This document shows positions 9,587 through 17,600 of a DNA stretch of 64,000 bases, piece by piece. The number at the start of each line of letters is the position of its first letter. Within the stretch, counting starts at the first letter, position 1. A model generated the notes under the pieces. That model saw only the letters and a list, made by a program, of their open reading frames with translations, had not been told where the DNA came from and searched no databases. The position numbers and the translations under genes were made by a program. Source of the stretch: Planctomycetota bacterium (GTDB lineage: Bacteria > Planctomycetota > PLA2 > JAEUHO01); contig CBDCWP010000044.1 in NCBI GenBank assembly GCA_965223505.1, forward strand, positions 1-64,000, given 5' to 3'.

Positions 9587-10756
9587 CTAGTTGCGTCGAC
9601 CGAGCGTCGGCTCGAGCGTCAGGCGCCGGCCCTTGCGCAACACACCCAGCCGGATCTTGGTGCCTGGGCGGTAGGGCAAGAGCTGGTCTTGCAGCGACGC
9701 GCCGGCGCGCAGGTTCACACCGTCGATCGACACGATGATGTCGAGCTGCTGCATGCCGGCTTGGGCCGCCGCGCCGTTGGCGTGCACGAACTGGACGAGG
9801 TGCCCGCCGAGCCCGCCGCACACGTGCTCCTGCACCGCTTCGCTGACGTGCGCGTTGCGAATGCCCAGCCACGCGCGCTGTACGTGACGGTGCTTGATCA
9901 ACAACGGTAGGACGACGCGAATGACCGATGCCGGCACCGCGAGCGCGCGGGACGGCTCGAGGCGAACCTTCAGCCCCAGGTCGCGCGCCTCGGCTTCGCG
10001 CTGGGGCGACATACCGGAGACGCCGCCGACGGCCAGCCCCGCGACATCGCCGTTCTCGTCGAGCCACGGGGACCCGATGTCCGACGGCGTGATCGCCATG
10101 CTGGCTTCGATCAACCCCACGGTTCGCACGTTGCGTCGCGTACGCGGGTCCGTGTAGCGGATGTGCCGGTCCTGGTCCCGCAGCGCTCCGCCCGCGACGT
10201 GTCCTTCGCCGGTGAGCATCACGACGCGCATGCCGATGGGAAGCGCCTCGGGCGGCGTCGGACGCTGCGCGTCGTCGACTCCGACCGGTTGCTCGGTCGA
10301 GGTCTCGTTCTCGTTCGCGGGGGTTCGGTCTGCGGCCTTGATGCGCTTGGAGGGGTGCTTGGGCCGAATCTCGAGCGGCTGCAGGTCGCCGCCGGCGTTC
10401 ACCCACAGCAGTGTGAGCGTGCTCTCCGGGTCCGTGGCGATCGCCTGCGCCTTGACCGTGCGACCGTCCCACAGCGTCGCGGTCAGCGCGCCGAGCCGCG
10501 TGTCGACCGGTCGTCCCGCCATGAGCAACCAACCGGCGGCGCGCACGACCACGGCGTTGCGCTCCTGGAAGTGCGCCGGGTTCTTCGCGTTGCGCCAGCG
10601 GATGCGCACGACGCCCGGCCGCGCCTCCTTCATGCGCAGGAGCTCCTTGTCCTCCGCGTCGGCCTCGCGCGTTGCGAGCGAGCACACCCCGGCGAGGATC
10701 AGCGCCGCAGGTAGCATGAGAGCCGAGGCGCGCAGAACGCGGCGGCGCGAGGTCAA
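9587..10756 (-). CDS. HtrA/S1C-like trypsin-fold + PDZ protein, probably catalytically inactive
   Basis: DGRTVKAQAIATDP, LPIGMRVV, VQRAWLGI and PDZ (GAAAQAGMQQLDIIVSIDG). TTG start overlaps the upstream TGA. Confidence 0.8.
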   Translation of the reverse strand: MTSRRRVLRASALMLPAALILAGVCSLATREADAEDKELLRMKEARPGVVRIRWRNAKNPAHFQERNAVVVRAAGWLLMAGRPVDTRLGALTATLWDGRTVKAQAIATDPESTLTLLWVNAGGDLQPLEIRPKHPSKRIKAADRTPANENETSTEQPVGVDDAQRPTPPEALPIGMRVVMLTGEGHVAGGALRDQDRHIRYTDPRTRRNVRTVGLIEASMAITPSDIGSPWLDENGDVAGLAVGGVSGMSPQREAEARDLGLKVRLEPSRALAVPASVIRVVLPLLIKHRHVQRAWLGIRNAHVSEAVQEHVCGGLGGHLVQFVHANGAAAQAGMQQLDIIVSIDGVNLRAGASLQDQLLPYRPGTKIRLGVLRKGRRLTLEPTLGRRN

Positions 10757-11406
10757 TTCTCTTCCTGCCCGCCCTTGCGCTCGACCTGGATCGCGGCGCC
10801 GTTGCCGTTGCCGCGGCTGCTCCCGATTCGGAACCACACCCGTCCGCCGAACGGGCTGCGCGCGCGGCGCGGCTGGTCCAAGACCGGAACGGCGTCACCG
10901 CTCGCACCGGGCGCTTCCGGTTCGTCCACGCCGAACGTCTCCCGTTCGAGCATGTTGTTCAACGGATGGTCCGCGTCGTAGAGCGAACGTACGCCCGCGG
11001 TGTCGGCGACGTCGTCGTCGCCACGCAGGCTGTTCCAGCCGACGCCGGCGGCCAACAGGAGACACGCGGCCACGGCGGTGTACCGCCAGCGCTGCAGGGA
11101 GCGCGGCGCGTCCAGGAAGGCCAGGCTCATGCGTGCGCGGCCGTACGGTTCGCTGCTCGCCGCGTAGACGTCTTCGTACAGGCCGTCGAGCCAGCCCTCG
11201 GGCACCTCGCGCGCGCGCAGCTGCGCGAACGCGAACACGCGGGACAGTCGTTTCTGCAGTCGTTTGGCGCGCGCCGGGTCGGCGGCGGCGAGCTGCTCGA
11301 GCTCGTCGAGCGCGGTCTCGTCGGGACCGTGCCCCGTCCGCAGCGCACGCTCGGCCTCGGCGAGGGCCCGGTCGAGCGCGCGGCGTGTTGAGCGATCGTC
11401 GTTCAT
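10753..11406 (-). CDS. Putative membrane-anchored anti-sigma factor
   Basis: Directly downstream of and overlapping an ECF sigma gene; single TM segment (WRYTAVAACLLLAAGVGW). Confidence 0.65.
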   Translation of the reverse strand: MNDDRSTRRALDRALAEAERALRTGHGPDETALDELEQLAAADPARAKRLQKRLSRVFAFAQLRAREVPEGWLDGLYEDVYAASSEPYGRARMSLAFLDAPRSLQRWRYTAVAACLLLAAGVGWNSLRGDDDVADTAGVRSLYDADHPLNNMLERETFGVDEPEAPGASGDAVPVLDQPRRARSPFGGRVWFRIGSSRGNGNGAAIQVERKGGQEEN

Positions 11407-12059
11407 GCTTCGTTCCCCAGGATCGCCTCGCCGTAGCGTTTCTCCCAGGCCTTTCGAAAGAGACCGCGGGCGCGATGAAGCCGCCAACGGGCCGTCGGAT
11501 AGCTGCAGTCGGTGACCCGCGCGATCTCGCGCGGCGTCATGCCGTGGAACTCGCGCAGCGTGAGTGCGAGACGGTATTCCACGGGCAGCTCCGCGAGCAC
11601 CGACGCGACGCGCGAACCCAGCTCGGGGTCGACGTTGCGTGCGGGACTCTCCAACGGCAGGCTCGAAAGATCCTCGACCGGCAGCGCGCGGCGCTTGCGG
11701 CGCCGGAGGCTGTCGATGGCGAGATTGCGGGCGATGCGATAGAGCCAGTTCAGGAAATCACGGGAACGGTCGAAGCGCTCGAGCGCGGCGTGGACGCGAA
11801 TGAACGTCTCCTGCGCCACGTCTCGAGCTTCCTCGGCGTCCAGGACGACGTCGTAGGCGATCCAGTAAACCTGCTTCTGGTAGCGCTCGACGAGCTGCCG
11901 GAACGCGTCTTCGCTGCCGCCGAGGATCGCCTCGACCAGCGCGGCGTCCTCGATCCGGCGCCTGCGCCGGCGCTCTCGGTCGGCCTGCGAGCGCCGCGTG
12001 GTGCGCGGCTTGGCACTCGAGAGCTGCCTGCCTTCCAGTTGCGCCGAGACCGTCGTCAT
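11403..12059 (-). CDS. ECF (sigma-70 group 4) RNA polymerase sigma factor
   Basis: AFRQLVERYQ, ARDVAQETF, WLYRIARN (region 2) and LPVEYR...EIA...RLHRAR (region 4). Confidence 0.93.
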   Translation of the reverse strand: MTTVSAQLEGRQLSSAKPRTTRRSQADRERRRRRRIEDAALVEAILGGSEDAFRQLVERYQKQVYWIAYDVVLDAEEARDVAQETFIRVHAALERFDRSRDFLNWLYRIARNLAIDSLRRRKRRALPVEDLSSLPLESPARNVDPELGSRVASVLAELPVEYRLALTLREFHGMTPREIARVTDCSYPTARWRLHRARGLFRKAWEKRYGEAILGNEA

Positions 12060-12286
12060 GGGGGTTCCCGCTCGGAATGGGTGTCGCGGACGGGTCGCGA
12101 GTGTACAACCCGTCCGAGCACCCCTACGCAGCACCGGCGGCGGGTGTTGGCCTCGTTCCGCCGCGATTCCGGTCGGGACGAGTAGAATTCGAGGTTCGTG
12201 GACGCACTTCAGGCAGACCCTTTCAATTGGCAGACAGGGCGCGGGGCGGTCCCCCCCGCGCGCCGTGCGCCGGTCTGCGGGCGCGC

Positions 12287-12910
12287 ATGAGCTCGATCAA
12301 CGAACGCGAGGCCGCACTGGTCCGGCGCTGTGCCGACGGGGATCGCGGGGCCTGGGACGCCTTCGTCGAGGGCTACGGCGCCCTCCTGAACGCCCTCGTG
12401 CGCCGCATGCTGGCGCGCCGCTGCGGCCGGGCGCCCGACACCGACGTGGACGAGATCGTCGCGGAGGTCTTCCTGGCCCTGCTGCGGCGCGATCGGATCC
12501 TGCTCCACCGCTTCAACCCCCAGTACCGGCTCTCGACCTATCTCGGGGTCATCACGCGCACCGAGGTGCTGCGCTTCCTGCGGCGCGGCCGGCGCAAGCC
12601 CGGCGACCTCGAGGAGGCCGAGCGCATCGAGGACACCAGCGCCGCCGCGGGACCGCTTCAGGCGCTGGAGGCCTCCGAGCGCATCGAGGCCATCCGGGCG
12701 ATTCGGGAGGCGCTGGCGCAGCTGCCGGAGCGCGACCGGCTGCTCCTGACGCTCCGGTACCTCGACGGTCGGGACTACCGCTCGATCGGCGCCGCCCTGG
12801 GGGTGAACCCGGAATCGGTGGGGCAGTTCCTGCACCGCGCCAAGGCCAAGTTGGCGCGCGAGGTGCCCCACCTGAAGGCCTTCCTCGCCGAGGCCGAGGG
12901 GGGACGATGA
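12287..12910 (+). CDS. ECF RNA polymerase sigma factor
   Basis: GDRGAWDAFVEGY, DEIVAEVF, LSTYLGVI, and LPERDRLLLTLRYLDG..YRSIG...LHRAKAKL. Confidence 0.9.
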   Translation: MSSINEREAALVRRCADGDRGAWDAFVEGYGALLNALVRRMLARRCGRAPDTDVDEIVAEVFLALLRRDRILLHRFNPQYRLSTYLGVITRTEVLRFLRRGRRKPGDLEEAERIEDTSAAAGPLQALEASERIEAIRAIREALAQLPERDRLLLTLRYLDGRDYRSIGAALGVNPESVGQFLHRAKAKLAREVPHLKAFLAEAEGGR

Positions 12911-13059
12911 GGGCGGGGCTTGGGACCCGATCGCGGCGGGCGCGAGCCCGCATTTCCGGCGTCCGGGGCCCGTGCGGGGGGCGTATACCCAGCATCGGTC
13001 GCTTCGATTGGGCCTCTCACTGCTCGTTCGTATTTTCGTAGGTAGCTTTCTCGCCAAGC

Positions 13060-14595
13060 ATGGACGACGCCAACTCCCACACGCCTGACACCTCCGACAC
13101 GCCGCACGGCGAGGGTGACTTCGCTGCGTGGATGCGGGCCGCGCTCGATGACGGCGGCGCGGGGGGCGCGTTTGGTGACGAGGCGCTCATGGAGGCCGTG
13201 GAGAGCGACGACTGCGCCGCCCTGCTCGACGACGCCGAGCTGAGAGCGGACGTCGCCGACATTCGCGCGGCCCTGGCCGACGTCGACGAAGCGCCCGAAG
13301 GCCTCTCGCCGAGCGTGCGCACGGCGGCGTTGGCGGCCTTCGATCGCTCGGTCGCCGTCGAGTCGACCGCCACCGCGACCGTCCGGCCGCAGACGGCCGC
13401 GCCGCGTGTTCGTGAGCGCGTCTTGGTGACGAGCGCCGCGCGACCGCGCTTCACGCGGACGGCGTGGTACGCGGCCGCGGCGCTGATCATGGTCGCCGTC
13501 GGCATCGGCTATCTGGCCGGCGAAGGCGTCCTGTCTTCGGACCGCGGCGTGGAGTCGGCGCACGCCGGGCTGCGGCTCGACGCGCTCGAGCTTCGCCACC
13601 GCCACGAGAGCGGCGTCACGGTCGAAGAGGGCCGGGTGCTCAAGCTCGGCGAGACGTTCACGCCGGATCGCGAACAGCTCATCTCGTTCGGATTCGGCCG
13701 CACCTCCCGCGTCGTCGTCGGCGACAACGGCGCGGTCCGCGTCGGGTCGGATGACGAGATCCCGTCCGAGGTGCTCGCGCAGGTCGTCGCCGAGGTCGGC
13801 AAGCGTCCGTCGGCGCTGCTGCGCCTGCAGTCCGGCGAGGCCGAGCTGCGAACGCACAACGGCCCGATCTTGCTCGCCGTCGGCAACCACGGGGTGCTGA
13901 TGTTGCGCCGCGGCTCCTGCCATGTCGCCGTGACGAGCGGCGCCCCGGTCATCGAGCTCGACCGCGACGGCGCGGCACGCTACTTCCGCGCCGGCGAGAC
14001 GCCCGTCGACCTGGCCGGCGACGAGAGCGCGCGGCGTGTGTTCCGCGACCTCGACCTGTTCGGCGGCGAGATCGCGTTGCCGTCCGCGGCGAACGAGCGG
14101 CACGTCGACGCGGCGCTTTGGCGCATCCTCGACGGTCCGATTGCGCGCAGCGGCGGCCGCTTCCGCATCGACCTCCGCAAGGAAGGCGAGGCGCTGCTGG
14201 CGTGGACGCCGCCGGGTCTGCTCTCTCGCGCGCGCGCACTGCGCGTCGGACTGCGTGCTCCGCTCGGCTCGTCCGTGCACCTCGCACACCGCGTCACGTC
14301 GGGCGAGCTCGAGGATCTGGGCCGCGCGCGCGTGACGCTGACGGCCGACACCCGCGCGGACGAGCCGGGTCTGGCGACGATCGATTTGATGCTGCCCGCG
14401 GACTGGTACCACCGGTTGTCGGGTGGCGAGCTGGTTCTGGTGATCGAGGGGCCCGCGCAGGGCCCGGACAAGAACGATGGCGCGGTGGGTCCGGAGGAGG
14501 AAGGTCCTGGGGGCGGGACTTCTTCCAACGGTCGCTGGGCTTGGTTCGACGGGGTGTCGTTCGTGATGGACGACCTCGCAACGGACCGCAAGTAA
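13060..14595 (+). CDS. Putative anti-sigma / FecR-like membrane protein
   Basis: Follows the ECF sigma gene; one TM segment (WYAAAALIMVAVGIGYL) then a beta-rich FecR-like region (LRLQSGEA). Confidence 0.55.
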   Translation: MDDANSHTPDTSDTPHGEGDFAAWMRAALDDGGAGGAFGDEALMEAVESDDCAALLDDAELRADVADIRAALADVDEAPEGLSPSVRTAALAAFDRSVAVESTATATVRPQTAAPRVRERVLVTSAARPRFTRTAWYAAAALIMVAVGIGYLAGEGVLSSDRGVESAHAGLRLDALELRHRHESGVTVEEGRVLKLGETFTPDREQLISFGFGRTSRVVVGDNGAVRVGSDDEIPSEVLAQVVAEVGKRPSALLRLQSGEAELRTHNGPILLAVGNHGVLMLRRGSCHVAVTSGAPVIELDRDGAARYFRAGETPVDLAGDESARRVFRDLDLFGGEIALPSAANERHVDAALWRILDGPIARSGGRFRIDLRKEGEALLAWTPPGLLSRARALRVGLRAPLGSSVHLAHRVTSGELEDLGRARVTLTADTRADEPGLATIDLMLPADWYHRLSGGELVLVIEGPAQGPDKNDGAVGPEEEGPGGGTSSNGRWAWFDGVSFVMDDLATDRK

Positions 14596-14606
14596 GGAAC
14601 AAGACG

Positions 14607-17600
14607 ATGCATAGCTACGGACGCAAGACTTTCGGTCGGTCGAGTGAACGAGGCGTGGCGCTGTTGATGGTCATCACCGTGCTGGTCACCATGGTGATCA
14701 TCGCGGTGGCCTTCGCGCCGCAGATGGACCGCGGCCGTGCGCGCACGGAAGCCAACGCGGCGCGCACGCGCGCCGATTGGGAAGCGGACATCCTGGCCGG
14801 CATGGTCCGCCAGTTCCTCATCGCGACCCATCCCAAGCACGAGAACGACATGCGCGGCAAGGGCGAGGCCGGTCCGTACGCCACGCCCGACTGGGACACG
14901 CTCGAGGAGATCACGCCCGGAGACGGCTTCCGGGCCAAGATCGTCGACCAGATTCGCCAGGCGTGGACGAACGACAAGCGGCTCTCGGACCGCCTGCGGC
15001 GCCTCGAGGCGCGCGGGCTGTCGCCGTTGAACGACGACCGCGGCTCGATCTGGAGCGTGAACGTCAAGGACGCGAACGCGTGCATCAACGTCAACGGCTG
15101 CTCGCCGTACCTGGTCGGGGCCATGTTCGGCTCCGCGCTGCTGAGCGAAGAGGTGGACACCGGGGCCGGTGACATCTCCGTCGAGCACGTCGTGCAGAGC
15201 CAGATCCCCGGCGTGCCGGGCTTCAACCCGGACGGCGGGTACATCCGCATCGGCCGCGAGGTCATCAAGTACGAGCGGTTCGACGGCGACGGCTTCCGCA
15301 ACTGCACGCGCGGCGTGCTGCAGAATGTGCCGCTGGCCGACAACGGCGGCGCCACGGTGCACCTGAAGGGCACGCCGGTCATCGACTACACGGCGTACAA
15401 GCTCGCGACCCACATCATCGCGAAGGAGCCCGGCCAGCTCACCCGGTTCCGCAGTCTCGCCGATCTCACGACGATCGCGGGCTGGGGCGAAGGCGGCGAG
15501 CTGTCGCCCATTCGCCTGTCGGCGGTCGCGAAGTTCCTGACGGTGTTCAGCCGCCGCGAGACGGCCGAGGGCTTCCTGGCGTCGCAGCTCGTCACCAACG
15601 ACCTGCCGTCCAACGCCGAGGATCCGACGACCCCGGACGTCGTCTGGGTGCGCGATCAGCTCAACGAGACGGGCACGACCCGCTTCTTCAACGCCGGCAC
15701 CATCGCCCGGATCACCGACGGCGTGAACACCGTGTACCAGTGCATCGCGCAGCTGGGTGACGCGAAGGGCCGGCAGTTCGACCGCCAGCTCGAGCTGGCG
15801 GGGCCCGCAGGTGGTCCGCCCTCCGTGGACGGGACGTCGGCGATCGAGTTCGACGGAGGCAAGACGACCATCGCGGCGATGGCGCCGTATCCGATCAACA
15901 TCAACACGGCGCCGCGCGAGGTGCTGTACGCCGTGATGGCGAACCTGCGCATGCGCTTCGCCAAGGGCGACGATCACGTCGTCGATCCGAAGACGGCCTG
16001 GAAGATCGCCGGCCTGATCGTCGACAACCGCAAGGGCAAGCTGCAGGTGGACCTCACCTCGCGCAAGCGCAGCGGGGGCCCGTTCCGCAACGCCGAGGAC
16101 TTCGGGCGCTTCCTCGAGGATCTCGTGCGCAAGAGCGTCATCGGACGCCGGCAGCAGGAGGCGCTCTACACGAACGCGATCAACCCGCACAGCGCCACGC
16201 TGAACTTCGGCACGGCGCCGTGGTGCTACCGTACGCTCGACGTCTACCACATCGAGAGCCGCGTCGCGGTCAACAACCGCGCCGGCGAGCAGATCGCCGA
16301 CGCCGGCCTGTTCCAGGTCGTCGAGATCGGTTCCGACGAGGTCACGGCGTGGACGCTCGACTCGCAGGCGGACTTCGAGGCGCGCCTCGCCATGGGCAGC
16401 GGTTCGAAGTACACGGCCTCCTACCCGTACTACGTGCAGCTGCGCAACCGCCGCACGCGGCACATGCAGCCGGCGCCGCGTCCGGCGAAGCACCTGCAGT
16501 CGCGCATCTACCCGAACACGAGCTTCGAGGCCGAGAACGACGACGTCGGCGACGTCCGTCTCGAGCCGGTGCGCATGCGCCTGCCGGGCGCCGTGCTCGC
16601 CGACCACTTCGACGGCTCGGTCTACACCGACGGCCACTACACCGGCTACAGCGGCGCGTACACCGAGAAGACGAAGGGCGTGTTCCGCAGCGAGAAGCAG
16701 ACGTACGTCCAGCCGTTCGCCATGTCGTTCTGGTGGCGACCGTACTCGAGCGCCAACTGGACCGCGTTCGACTGCGGCATGGAGAAGTTCATGAACCGCT
16801 ACGCCGTCTTCGTGACGGACGGAGCGGAGGGGCAGGAGCTCGTGTTCCGCGTCTGCGCAGGCACGCGCGAGGATCGCGGCGCGGAGGTCTACGTCCCGTT
16901 CGAACGCCTCGACTACGAAGAGGGCAACTGGTACCACATCCAGATCTCGTGCACCGGCGAGGACCCGAGCACGATGCAGCTGCTCGTGGACGGCGTGGAC
17001 CTCTCGAAGCGCCGGGGCGTCTCGACGCTCGTCGCCGCGCTGAGCGAGGACAACACCGAGGTCCAGGTCAAGTCGGCTGAAGGCTTCCCGCGCATCGGCG
17101 CGCTGCAGGTCGGCACCGAGATCATCGAATACGACATCACGTCGGGCGACTCGTTCGAGGAGTGCGTGCGCGGCGCGCGCGGCACGGCGGCCCAGGCCTG
17201 GCCGGCAGGTACCCCGGTGCGCATGCTCGGCTACTCGCTTCCGATCCTGCAGGACATCATGCAGGGTGGCGCCGGTCTGACCGAGACGCTGCGCAAGTGG
17301 TCCGCAGGCCGGGTCTACGGCGAAGAGCCCGACTCACAGTGGGCCGACGACCTGACGGTCGGCGAGATCGCGCTCGGCGGCTACGCGCCCGACACCACCA
17401 GCATCACGTGCAAGCTCGAGCCGCTGTGGGGCCAGTCGCAGGACGAGTGCTACGAGGCGTTCGGCACGCGCGGCATCGCCGTGCTCGGCTGTCGTCCGAT
17501 CGAGTTCGAAGACACCGGCAGTGCGGGACCGGACGAGTTCCCGGCGCCGGGCGGCAGCGTGCCTCCGGGCGCGCGCCAGCCTTCCAACCCGAGCGGCGGC

